Source: an uncultured Acidobacteriota bacterium (GTDB lineage: Bacteria > Acidobacteriota > Vicinamibacteria > Vicinamibacterales > UBA2999). Taken from it: DNA of 64,000 nucleotides. Below the pieces are notes generated by a model. The model made no database searches. It worked only from the letters and a program-made list of their open reading frames with translations, and was not told the DNA's origin. The stretch is taken from NCBI GenBank assembly GCA_963707825.1, contig CAVPRP010000009.1, positions 154,602 to 218,601 of the forward strand. The letters are read 5' to 3'. Positions 9,706 through 19,497 of the stretch are shown one piece after another (the first letter of the stretch is position 1; each line of letters opens with the position of its first letter). The translations under genes and the position numbers were made by a program.

Positions 9706-11546
9706 GGGCGCAACCGGCGCGGAAGCCGCCGGCGTCGGCGGCGACTGGCGGGCGACGATCGGCAGCAGCAACCGCGAGGGATGCGCCGCGTCGTGCAGGA
9801 TCGTCTGGGTGGCCGGCACGCCCGCGGGATCCTCGCCGAACACGCCACCGGTATTCAGATTGCGATCGAAGCGCGGAAAGTTGCTGCTCGACACCTCCAG
9901 CCGGATGCGATGCCCGGCGCGGAACAGGTTCGAAGTCGCGCCCAGGTCGATCGTCACCTCGGTCGGCTCGCCCGGCGTCAGCAGCGACGGCGTGGTCTTG
10001 CCGTTGCGATAGCGGGCGCGGAGGATGCCGTCGGCCAGCGCGCGTGCCGTGCCGTCGGGGAACACGTCCACCAGCGTGCCGGTGAAGTCGGTGTCCCGAG
10101 CCGTGGACTGAATCCACAGCGTCAGCGCCAGGGGCCCGGTCACCTCCACGTCTTCCGTCAACGCCGGCGTCTGGTAGACCAGCACGTCCTTGCGCTGTTC
10201 CACCTCGCGCCGATCCATCGGCGTGCGCGAGTAGCCGCCACTGGCGCCGGTCGGCACCGGATCCTTCGGGTCGTAGACGAACTGGTCGGCGGGCTCGCCC
10301 GCCGGCGGCATCGGTTCCAGCCGGCCGTCGCCCGACACCGTCACCGCCCGTCCGGCGCTCCGCAGGTAGAACGGTGTGGTGCGGGCGCGAGCCAACGGCC
10401 ATTCCTGCTCGTCGCGCCACCGGTTCTCGCCCATCACGAACAGGCGGATGGGCGCTGTATCCACCGGCGGCGCGGTCGCCGCCCTTCAACCAGTGGTCGA
10501 ACCAGCCGATCATCGCTTCGTCGGACTCGAAGCCACCGTCGGCGCCGAAGTCGACCTCGCCGATCTTCGTGGACGCGCGGGTCGGGCGCGCGTGGGTCCA
10601 GGGGCCCACCACCAGCCGCTGGTAGCGCCGCGCGGTCTCGTTGGCGGCGTGCTCGCGCAGTCCCGTGAAGTTGCGCAGGGTGCCGGTCAGCAGCGTGTCG
10701 TACCAGCCGGTGAGGTGGAAGGCCGGCACCTCGAAGCGATCGTGCAGGCTCTCGATGTCGCCCGGCGCCCAGTACGCGTCGGCGTCGGGGTGCGACAGCA
10801 TCTGGCGGTAGCCTGGCGCAAAGCGTTCCAGGTCGAACTCGTTGAACGACTTCAGCGGCAGGTGCCACAGCCATGTGGACCGGAGTTGCGCCGACTGGGC
10901 CGGAGCTGAGGCCGATGGGGCCGTCGCGATCGACGGCGGGAGTCAGGACACGCCGGCGGACGTCCATGGCCTGCCCGAGGTTCCAGCCGAGCCCGTCGCT
11001 CAGGTAGAACGCACCGCCCTGGAACACCATGTCGTGACGCCGGCTATAGGACGAGGCGGGAAACAGCGCCACGAGCGCCGGCGGACGCCGGGTGGCGGCC
11101 TCCAACTGAGTGGTGGCGAGATAGCTGCCGCCGAACATCCCCACCTTCCCGTTCACTCCGGGCAGGGCCGCGGCCCACTGCACCGAGTCGTAGCCATCGT
11201 CGGCCTCGTCGTGCGGGACGGCGACCCCGTCGGAGGTATAGCGGCCGCGGGTGTCCTGAACCACGACCACATAGCCACGCGCGGCAATCGCGCTGAACCG
11301 GCGGGCCGCGTCGCGATCGTTCTTCGAATAGGGCGTGCGCTGCAGCAGGGCCGGCCACGAACGGTCCCCAGACGGGCGGTAGACGTCGGCCCGCAGCAGC
11401 ACGCCGTCACGCATGCGACCTGGCACGTTCTTCTCGAGGCGGACGCCGGTCGCCAGGGTCTCCTGACCCGCGCCCCCCGCCGCCAGCCAGCCGGCGGAGG
11501 CCAGCAGCAGGACGACTCCCAGGGAAAGGGTGGCAAACCAGGTCAT
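9706..11546 (-). pseudogene. CocE/NonD-family (X-Pro dipeptidyl-peptidase-like) serine hydrolase; two frame changes (~10895, ~10465) and no stop before the M28 gene
   Basis: Signal peptide MTWFATLSLGVVLLLASAG. Motifs: RTPYSKN, GMFGGSYLA (GxSxG-type nucleophile), HLTGWYD, and the C-terminal beta-sandwich FRAGHRIRLEVSSSNFPRFDRN. The pieces lie in three frames. Confidence 0.75.
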
Positions 11547-11823
11547 CTCTCGGCGGAAGGGATGGGGGGGCATGCGTTTCGGGACGGTAGCCCTCCCATC
11601 GCCCACTGTCAACGACCCACTGGTCCCGGGGATTCAACCCATCACTCCTCCCAATCGCCGACCAGGCGTTCGGAAATGCACGTTGACTCCTGCGACACCC
11701 CGGCCGGATAATTCGCCCATCCGGAAACGGGTCCGTCATACGTGCGTACTGCGTGTGACTGTCCTTGAACGGTGTCGTTGGCGCCAGCGGCTGGCGCTTA
11801 TGTCTTTTCTTGGAGGAAACCCA

Positions 11824-14567
11824 ATGCGGCGTTGCTTAGTTTTTCTATGCACGATCGTCGCGCTCGGAGCCATACCCTGGACCACCTCGGCCCAGCAGAC
11901 GACTGGTAGCATCCGCGGCGTCATCACCGATGAATCGGGCGCCGTCCTGCCCGGTGTCACCGTCACCCTGAAGGGACGCGCCGTCCCCGGCACTCCCACC
12001 ACCGTCAGCAACGAAACCGGCGTCTACCGGTTCCCGAACCTCACACCCGGCACCTACGACATCTCTGCGGAGTTGGCCGGCTTCACGACGACCGCGCAGA
12101 CCGGCATCCCGGTGGCGCTCGGCGGCACGGCCGAAGTCAACGTCCAGATGAAGCTGAGCACCCAGTCCGAGACCATCACGGTGACGGCGGAGTCGCCGGT
12201 GGTGGATGCGACCAGCACCGAAGTGTCCACGAACTACTCGCGTGAGTGGGTCGAGAACGCCCCGGTTCCCCGTTTCTCGTTCTTCGACCTGATCAACGCT
12301 GCACCAGGCGTCAGCGCCGCGACCTCGACGAGCTCGCGGTCGCAGTCGTTCGGGTCGGCGACCAACGAGAACCTCTACCTGATCGACGGCACGGACTTCA
12401 CCGCGCCGCTGAGCGGCGCGGCGTGGCCGTGGCCGAACACCGATGCGATCGAGGAAATCCAGGTGCTGTCGCTGGGCGCGCCCGCCGATTACGGCAACCT
12501 GGGAGGCGCGGTGTTCAACGTGGTGACCCGCCAGGGCAGCAACGCCTTCCATGGCGATGGCAACTTCTACTTCCAGGACCAGAACCTGACCGGTCGGAAC
12601 ACCGACGACGCCATGGACGGTGGCCTGCCCTACAACCGCGACGAGTACAAGGACACCACCTGGCAGCTCGGCGGGCCGGTCGTGCGCGACAAGTTCTGGT
12701 TCTTTGGTTCCTACCAGTACCAGCGCGACTACGCGTCGCAGCCCGGCACCGACCCGACCCAGCCGGCGAAGTTCACCGCGAAGCGCTACTTCTTCAAGTT
12801 GAACTACCAGATCAACCAGGACAACCGGCTGCAGTTCCAGCAGCACGACGACTTCTACCGCATTCCCGGCCGGGCGAGCGCGACCACGGCGCCCAGCACC
12901 ATTTCGGTGGAGAACGGCCACAACCCGTCGCCCGGGTTCCTCTGGTCGTCGGTCCTCAGCCCGACGACGGTGGTCGAGGCCCGTTACTCCGGCTTCTACG
13001 GCGTGGATCACGGCGATCCACTCGACGGTGGCCCACGCGTGGCGCGGCGCTACAACGACCTCGACACCGGCCAGATTACCGGCGGCATCTACTCGTGGTA
13101 CGACGGCAAGAGCCAGAAGACCAGCTTCTCCGGCCGGGTCACCAAGTATGCCGACTCGTTCATGGGCGGCAGCCACGACTTCAAGGTGGGCGTCCAGTAC
13201 AACAGCGGCCTGGGCGAGTACACCTACGGACTGAACGACTACATCTACACCTACGGCTCGACTCCGGCCTACGGCTACACCCAGGTGCCGTACACGCAGG
13301 GCGGCCGCATGAAGGCCATCGGCATCTATGCCGACGACACCTATCAGCTCGGGCGGGCGACCCTGAATCTGGGGCTGCGCTACGACGACAGCAAGGCCTA
13401 CTTCGCGGAGCAGGATATCCTCGATGCGAGCGGCAACCCCACCGGCCAGAAGTCGCGCGCCGTGGACGAGGTCTTCCGGTGGCAGGTGCTGTCGCCCCGC
13501 CTGGGTGTCACCTTCAAGCTGACCGACAGCGGCTCGTCAGCTGGTCAAGGCCCACTACGGCCGCTACTACCGGGGCATCGTGACCGGCGAGTTCGACAAC
13601 ACCACGCCGTCGATCAGCCCGAGGTACACGTTCGACGGCACCTTACAACTCCGCGGGCGTCCCGCAGGGCAAGGAGCTGTTCTCAGACACCTCGCAGCTG
13701 ACCGTGGATCCGGATCTGAAGAACCCCTACACCGACCAGTACATCCTGGCCTGGGAACAGCAGGCTGGCGCGGACGTCGGATTCTCAGTGAGCTACGTCC
13801 ACAAGGAGAGCGAGAGGCAGACCGCGTTCCCCGACATCGGCGGCACTTACCGGCTGGTGCCCTTCACCTCACCGGCGGGCGTCAACATCAGCGAGGTGTA
13901 TCAGCTGACGAGCGGCGCCTCATCGCGCCTGTTCCAGTTGCGGAACGACGACCGGATGCACTCGAAGTACAACGGCGTTGCGTTCGAAGTGAAGAAGCGG
14001 ATGTCACACCGCTGGCAGGCCAACTTCGGCCTCACGCTGTCGAAGTCGGAGGGCCGCCTCGGCTCGAGCTCGGCGCGCTCGACGCCGTTGACCACCCAGA
14101 CCAGCACCGCTGGCATCTTCGGTCAGAATCTGAACGACTTCATCAACAGCGACGGCCGGCTGCAAAGCGATCGCCCAGTCGTCCTGAAAACCCAGTTCGT
14201 CTACCAGATGGGCTGGGGATTGTTGGCCTCGTTCAACTTCCAGAGCCAGAGCGGCAAGCCGATCATCGAAGAGGCCCGCCTCTCGAGCGCCGTCACCGGC
14301 ATCCCCGGCACCAACCGCGCGGTCGCCAATTTCGTGGACGGCGAGCTGCGCACCGACACCTGGACGACCCTGGACGCGCGCCTCGAAAAGGCCTTCAACC
14401 TGGGCGGCTCGAGGGAACTGGCCGCCTTCGGTGACTTCCTGAACCTGTTCAACAGCGACGCCAACGAGAGTGTGCTCGACCGTCGTCCCGGCAACGTGAA
14501 CTACCTCGTGCCATCCCGCTTCATCGCCCCGCGGCGACTGATGCTGGGCGCGAAGATTCGGTTCTAG
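11824..14567 (+). pseudogene. TonB-dependent receptor with N-terminal carboxypeptidase-regulatory-like domain; two frame changes (~13540, ~13645)
   Basis: GGAGGA lies 7 nt before ATG 11824. Signal peptide, then QQTTGSIRGVITDESGAVLPGVTVTL. The C-terminus is ...RLMLGAKIRF (aromatic terminal residue). The frame-2 bridge reads LVKAHYGRYYRGIVTGEFDN. Confidence 0.8.
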
Positions 14568-14571
14568 GACG

Positions 14572-14872
14572 AGAAGGCAAAAGGCAAAAGGCAAAAGGCA
14601 AAAGAACGGCAGACGGCAACCGGCAGTCGGCAGACGTAGAGCCTGAAGCCTGAAGACAGAGACGCCCGGGGTTGCGACATACGCGGCCCCGGGCGATTCT
14701 CTGTACGGAAGGCAAAAAGGAAAAGGCAAAAGGCAGAAGGACCGGCAGCCGGCAGACGGAGGCAGAAGGCACAACGGCGGCCGACAGCTGGCCCTGGCCG
14801 CAAGCCCCAAGACTCAAGACCCAAGACCCAAGACCCAAGACCCAAGCTTCAGCGCAAGCCCCAAGACCTAAG
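14572..14872 (+). repeat. Heptanucleotide tandem-repeat mosaic, locus 2 (two sub-arrays split by a hairpin)
   Basis: AAGGCAA x4, GGCAGAC-type x4, GCCTGAA x2, then a hairpin. After it: AAGGCAA-type x4, CGGCAGC/GGCAGAC, [C/T]CAAGAC x6, and AAGCCCC-type units. Confidence 0.9.
14663..14695. terminator. GC hairpin between convergent genes (possible bidirectional terminator)
   Basis: CGCCCGGGG (14663-14671) pairs with CCCCGGGCG (14687-14695) around a 15-nt loop. It lies between stops at 14567 (+) and 14875 (-). There is no strong T-tract. Confidence 0.45.
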
Positions 14873-14874
14873 CC

Positions 14875-17145
14875 CTACTTGAGCGCCTCCAACTGCTGTC
14901 GTGCGGGCGCGAACTGTGGGTCGATCTCCAGCGCGCGGCGGAAGGCGGTCTCGGCTTCGGCGCGTTTGTTCTGTCGCGCCAGGGCCAGGCCGAGGTTGAA
15001 GGCATACTGCGCGTTCGTGCCGTCGCGCGTGTTGGCTTCACGAAACGCCTGCTCGCCGGCCGCGAGGTCGCCGTTCCCCGCGAGAATCATCCCCAGCGAG
15101 TTCCAGTACGACGCGGTGCCCGGATCGAGCTGCACCGCTTCGCGAAGCAGCCGCGCCGCGTCGGCCGCGCGGCCGAGGTCGCGGTACAGCTCGCCCAGCT
15201 TCACCCGCACCAGTGCATCCTTCGGGGCCAGCTGCGCCACGCGCTCGTAGGCGCGCACGGCGGCGACCGGGTCGTCCATCCGCCGCGCCACGTCGCCTTC
15301 GCGCTCGATCAGCCGCGGGTCATCGGGCGCCACCTTCAAGCCGCGCCGCACCGCCTCGAGCGCCAGGTTCGGCTTGCCATCCGCCAGATGCACTTCGGCC
15401 AGGCCGATGTAGGCGGCGGTGTAGGCCGGCAGCTTCTGCAACGCCCCTTCGTAGTGCGTCGCCGCCTCGCGCCAGCGCTTGAGGCCGACCAGCGCGCGCG
15501 CAGCGTAGTAGTGCGCCTCGAAGCTGTCGATGCCCCTCGCAAACAGCTGCTGGAACCCGGCGTAGCTGGCGGCGAACCGGCCTTCGCGCAGGTTGACCAG
15601 CCCCTCGCGCATCAGCGTGTTGACGATCTGGTACTCCTCGATCTTGTCCTTCGGATCGGCGCCGGACGCACGAGATGCCGCCGGTCCGGACGAACTGACG
15701 TAACCAAGCGCGCCCAGCTTCTCGAGCAGATCGGCGGGGACCGAGGCGGCGGCCGGCCCGGTGTCGCGCAGCAGGGCCTGCTCTTCACGGAGGCGCTGCT
15801 CGATGCCCGATCGATACGCGCGGGCGCGTTGCGGCTCCTTGTCGATCAGGTTCTGCCGCTCGTGGGGGTCCTGTCCCAGGTCGTACAACTCCGGACGCGG
15901 CGCGAGGATGTACTTCCATTGGCCGTCGCGGACCGCGCGCAGGTCGCTCCATCCGTAATGGACCAGCGGCACCAGCGACTCGGCAAACGTCGGCTCCTCG
16001 TCCTGCGGCGTGCCACGTAGCGCCCCGGCCAGCGATCGACCGGACACCTTCGGCGTCTTCGCCGCCAGCCCGAGCAGGTCGAGCACGGTCGGCATGACGT
16101 CAACGTTGCGCGTCACCGCCTTCAGCCTGGTGCCGGGCCTAATCCCGGGCCCGCGCATCAGCAGCGGCACGGCGAGCGTGGACTCGTAGACGAAGAAGCC
16201 GTGCACCGCTTCCTTGTGCTCGTCGAGGCCCTCGCCGTGATCGGACGTGACGATGAGGAGCGTGTCGTCGCGAAGCTTTGCCGACGCCAGGGCCGCGTCG
16301 AGCCGGCCCACCAGTTCGTCGGACCACGCCACTTCCCCGTCGTAGGGACGTCCGGCGTACTTCGTCGCGTATGGCTCCGGCGGTTCGTAGGGATCGTGCG
16401 GATCGTATAGATGGACCCACGCAAACCGCCGGTCCGCACCCGCGGCACCCAGCCACGCCGTCGCCTCCGCCACCGTGGCGTCGCCGCGCTTCTGAATCGT
16501 GTTGAGGAAGCGGGCATCGTCCTCGCCGATGTCGAACTTGTCCGAGTAGTCGGCGAACCCGCGCGCCAGCCCGGACTGCCGCGACAGGACGATCGACGAG
16601 ACGAACGCCGCGGTCTTGAACCCGTTCTGCTGGAGGATCTCCGCCAGCACCGGCACCTTGCCGCCGAGCGGCGGCGAGACGTTGTCACGAATGCCATGCT
16701 CGGCCGGATAGAGCCCGGTGAAGAGCGAAATGTGGGACGGCCGCGTCAGCGGCACGTGCACCGAAGCGTGTTCGGCCATCGCGCCTTCCGAGGCCAGGCG
16801 ATCCAGGTTCGGCGTCGCGACCGTCGTGTTGCCATAGACGCCGAGACGATCGGCCCGCAGCGTGTCGATGGTGACGATCACCACGTGCTTCGGCACGCGA
16901 GCCGCGGCGGGCGGGCCGGACGGCGCCGACGAGCCGCACGCGGCGACGCTCAGGAGGACAGCCACCACCGCGGCCGCAAGCAGGGGGACGCGGCTGGCGG
17001 CTCGGCTTGCGTCTTGAGTCTTGGGTCTTGGGTCTTGGGGCTGTGCCGGCTGCCGGCTGCCGGCTGCCGTTTTGCCTTCTGCCTTGTGCCTTTTGCCTTC
17101 TGTCTTCCGTCTGCCGTCTGCCGCCTGCCGTCTGCCGATACTCAC
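14875..17145 (-). CDS. Sulfatase-fold (alkaline-phosphatase superfamily) + TPR lipoprotein, paralog 1
   Basis: Motifs: IDTLRADRLGVYG, VPLTRPSHISLFTGLYPAEHGIRDN, SDHGEGLDEHKE, lipobox LLSVAAC, and a C-terminal TPR-like region. The only canonical start upstream of the lipobox is GTG 17145 (GTGA overlap with the upstream stop). That start would translate repeat locus 3. The alternative is CTG ~16983. Confidence 0.8.
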   Translation of the reverse strand: MSIGRRQAADGRRKTEGKRHKAEGKTAAGSRQPAQPQDPRPKTQDASRAASRVPLLAAAVVAVLLSVAACGSSAPSGPPAAARVPKHVVIVTIDTLRADRLGVYGNTTVATPNLDRLASEGAMAEHASVHVPLTRPSHISLFTGLYPAEHGIRDNVSPPLGGKVPVLAEILQQNGFKTAAFVSSIVLSRQSGLARGFADYSDKFDIGEDDARFLNTIQKRGDATVAEATAWLGAAGADRRFAWVHLYDPHDPYEPPEPYATKYAGRPYDGEVAWSDELVGRLDAALASAKLRDDTLLIVTSDHGEGLDEHKEAVHGFFVYESTLAVPLLMRGPGIRPGTRLKAVTRNVDVMPTVLDLLGLAAKTPKVSGRSLAGALRGTPQDEEPTFAESLVPLVHYGWSDLRAVRDGQWKYILAPRPELYDLGQDPHERQNLIDKEPQRARAYRSGIEQRLREEQALLRDTGPAAASVPADLLEKLGALGYVSSSGPAASRASGADPKDKIEEYQIVNTLMREGLVNLREGRFAASYAGFQQLFARGIDSFEAHYYAARALVGLKRWREAATHYEGALQKLPAYTAAYIGLAEVHLADGKPNLALEAVRRGLKVAPDDPRLIEREGDVARRMDDPVAAVRAYERVAQLAPKDALVRVKLGELYRDLGRAADAARLLREAVQLDPGTASYWNSLGMILAGNGDLAAGEQAFREANTRDGTNAQYAFNLGLALARQNKRAEAETAFRRALEIDPQFAPARQQLEALK
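17008..17138 (-). repeat. Heptanucleotide tandem-repeat mosaic, locus 3 (inverted relative to locus 2)
   Basis: Plus strand reads GTCTTG[A/G] x4, GGCTGCC x3, TTGCCTT-type x5 and GTCTGCC-type x4. These are the reverse complements of CCAAGAC, GGCAGCC, AAGGCAA and GGCAGAC. Confidence 0.9.
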
Positions 17146-19439
17146 TGCCTCCCCCCAGCCAGCCGTTCGGCGCGCTGCCCGGCCGCGACGTGACGCTGTG
17201 CCTCGGCCTCGCGCCCCAGCCGCGAGTAGACATCGGCCAGCACGTAATGGCCGAGCGGCGCCATCGCGGGGTCTGGCGCGGAGGCGAGTCCCTTCACGGC
17301 GGCCTGTTCGGCCTCTTTCAAATCACCGGCGTCGAGCGCTGCCTTGGCGAGGTACAGGTAACCGGTGCCGAAGTCCGGCTTCTTCTCGACGGCGGCGCGA
17401 TAGTGAGCCAGCGCCTCTCCCGCGCGTCCCGTCTTCGACAGCAGCTTCGCAAGGTTGAACTCCGGCTGGAACAGCTTCGGGCTGCGGGCGATCTCGGCTT
17501 CGTACGCGGCCATCGCGGCCGGCAGGTTTTCGCGGACCTCGTACACCAGGCCGAGATCGTAATGCGCCATGGCCTGGTCGCCCTTGGCCGCAATCGCCTC
17601 GGTCAGCGCCTTCTCCGCCGCATCGAACTGCTTGAGTTCGATGCGCGCTTCGCCCAGCTTCACGAGAAAGGCCGCGCGATCGGCGTCGAGCGTCAGTCCT
17701 TTCTCGAGGAGGGCCGCTGCCTCGGCGAACTGGCCCTTCTCCATCGACAACTCCGCCAGCTGATACAGCGGCTTGGCACCGCGGGGATTCAGCTGCATCA
17801 CCCGTTCGAACCCGGCCCGCGCCTCGTCGTCTTTGCCGGCGGTGCGATAGGCGAGCGCCAGGCTCCACGCCGCGCCCTCGTGCTCGGGATCGACGGCGAG
17901 CGCTCGCTGATAGGCCGCAATCGCGTCCGCCGGACGGCCGGCCTTGGTGTGCATGTTGCCGAGCATGGTGAACGCTTCGATCACTTCCGGATCGGCGGCG
18001 AGCACTTCGCGCACCTTCGCAATGCCGTCATCGAGCTTGCCATCGACGGAATCCTGGGCGGCGCGCTTCAGCAGGTTGTAGAGACCGATCTTGTCCTTGG
18101 GATCGCCGCGCGGCTTGTCGGCCATCGCCGCGCGCGTGACGCCGGAGGCGACGTAGCCAAGCGCGCGCAGTTGCTGCTCGACGGCCGGATCCACCGCGCG
18201 TGGCTGCTGCGGCACCGCCTGCGCCGCGGTCTTGCCGGCCATGTCGCGCAGGCCCCGTTCGAGCGCGTCGGCCATGCGCGGGTTCTCGGCGGAGAGGTCC
18301 TTCAACTCGCCGGGATCGGCCTGGATGTCGTAGAGCTCTCGACGTGGCGCGGCGATGAACTTGAAGCGGCCGTCGCGCACCGCGGTCAATTCGCTCCACC
18401 CGTAGTGATAACGCGGATACCAGGTCTCGCTGAACGCCAGCAGGTCCAGCGGCTCGCCGCGCCCCATCGGCACCAGGCTCGTCCCCTGCACGGCGGCCGG
18501 CACCTCCGCCCCTACGAGATCCAGGATCGTCGGCATCACATCCACGATGCGCACCTGCTCGCGCACCGCGCGCGCCGGGACGTCTGGACCGGCGACGATC
18601 AGCGGAATCCGAACCGCTGCGTCGTAGACGAAAAAGCCGTGCTGCTGCTCGCCGTGCTCGCCCAGCATCTCACCGTGATCGCCGACCACGACGACGATGG
18701 TGGAAGCCAGCCGTCCACTGGCCTCGAGGGACGCCAGCAGGCGGCCGACCTGCGCGTCGGTGGCCGCGACCTCGCCGTCGTAGGCTCCTTGCGCCGTCGC
18801 GGGAAATTGCGAGCGATAGGGTTCCGGCGGTTCGTACGGTCCGTGCGGATCGTAAAGGTGCACCCACGCGAAGAACGGTTGGGTGGTGTCCTTCTCGAGC
18901 CACGCCAGCGCGTGATCGACCACCTCGCGGCCCGGCCGCTGGGCCGCATCGAGGCCGCCGGCCATCTCGAATTTCGACAAGTCGAACTGGTCGAAGTACT
19001 CGCTGAACCCCTGCGCGATGCCCCAGCGCCGGTCCAATACGAACGCGCCGACGAATCCACCGGTCCGGTAGCCGCGCGGCTGCAGCACCTCGGCCAGCGT
19101 GGTCAGCGAGTCGTCCAGGTAGAACGCGCCGTTGTCGCGCACGCCGTGGAAGGCGGGGAACGTGCCCGTCATCAGCGAGCTGTGCGCGGGCAGGGTGAGC
19201 GGCACCACCGTCGCCGCCTGTTCGAAGCGCAGGCCGCGCGCCGCCAGCGCGTCGAGCACCGGCGTCGCCGCCGCCTTGTAGCCGTAGCTGCCGAGTCGAT
19301 CGGCTCGCAGAGTATCGATACTGATGAGGAGGACCGACTTGGCCCCCGAGGCGCGTCCCCCCACCCATCCACGCTGCGCGGCGTACCAGACCGCCGCAAG
19401 CGCCGCCACCATCACGGCGGCGGCAATCACCTTCCGCAT
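17142..19439 (-). CDS. Sulfatase-fold + TPR protein, paralog 2
   Basis: Intact 765-aa ORF. Motifs: ISIDTLRADRLGSYG, VPLTLPAHSSLMTGTFPAFHGVRDNG, GDHGEMLGEHGE, and a long C-terminal TPR region. Confidence 0.85.
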   Translation of the reverse strand: MRKVIAAAVMVAALAAVWYAAQRGWVGGRASGAKSVLLISIDTLRADRLGSYGYKAAATPVLDALAARGLRFEQAATVVPLTLPAHSSLMTGTFPAFHGVRDNGAFYLDDSLTTLAEVLQPRGYRTGGFVGAFVLDRRWGIAQGFSEYFDQFDLSKFEMAGGLDAAQRPGREVVDHALAWLEKDTTQPFFAWVHLYDPHGPYEPPEPYRSQFPATAQGAYDGEVAATDAQVGRLLASLEASGRLASTIVVVVGDHGEMLGEHGEQQHGFFVYDAAVRIPLIVAGPDVPARAVREQVRIVDVMPTILDLVGAEVPAAVQGTSLVPMGRGEPLDLLAFSETWYPRYHYGWSELTAVRDGRFKFIAAPRRELYDIQADPGELKDLSAENPRMADALERGLRDMAGKTAAQAVPQQPRAVDPAVEQQLRALGYVASGVTRAAMADKPRGDPKDKIGLYNLLKRAAQDSVDGKLDDGIAKVREVLAADPEVIEAFTMLGNMHTKAGRPADAIAAYQRALAVDPEHEGAAWSLALAYRTAGKDDEARAGFERVMQLNPRGAKPLYQLAELSMEKGQFAEAAALLEKGLTLDADRAAFLVKLGEARIELKQFDAAEKALTEAIAAKGDQAMAHYDLGLVYEVRENLPAAMAAYEAEIARSPKLFQPEFNLAKLLSKTGRAGEALAHYRAAVEKKPDFGTGYLYLAKAALDAGDLKEAEQAAVKGLASAPDPAMAPLGHYVLADVYSRLGREAEAQRHVAAGQRAERLAGGRQ

Positions 19440-19497
19440 GGCGTTATCGTATCAACCGGGTCGGGCGCTGTCGCGTTCGGGCACCGCATTTCGGGGC

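Noticed and set aside
7264-10668. Very long ORFs in the supplied track that run antisense to or overlap the annotated genes. Examples: 7264..10668 (+, 1134 aa), 17007..19823 (+), 57028..59631 (+), 4039..5910 (+), 38258..39688 (-), 19444..21084 (-), 2819..4096 (-).
   Set aside because: Their translations are Arg/Gly/Ala/Pro-rich low-complexity sequence with no recognisable motifs. Each lies opposite, or out of frame to, a gene with clear family signatures. Such shadow ORFs are expected in GC-rich DNA where stop codons are rare.
14565-14574. The identical 10-mer CTAGGACGAG next to two repeat loci (14565 and 62294) as a conserved array boundary.
   Set aside because: In 64 kb, chance recurrence of some 10-mer is expected many times. 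In both places the 10-mer overlaps a stop codon of a different gene on a different strand.
14572-14872. The heptamer arrays as CRISPR arrays.
   Set aside because: The units are 7 nt and directly abutting, with no unique spacers. No cas genes are present. The architecture is incompatible with CRISPR.
14875-19439. The 'sulfatase' genes feeding sulfate to the adjacent cysDNC genes as a sulfate-ester scavenging pathway.
   Set aside because: All four paralogs lack the C/S-x-P-x-R formylglycine motif and have a Thr/His arrangement instead. Sulfate-ester hydrolysis is therefore not supported. Only the adjacency itself is reported.
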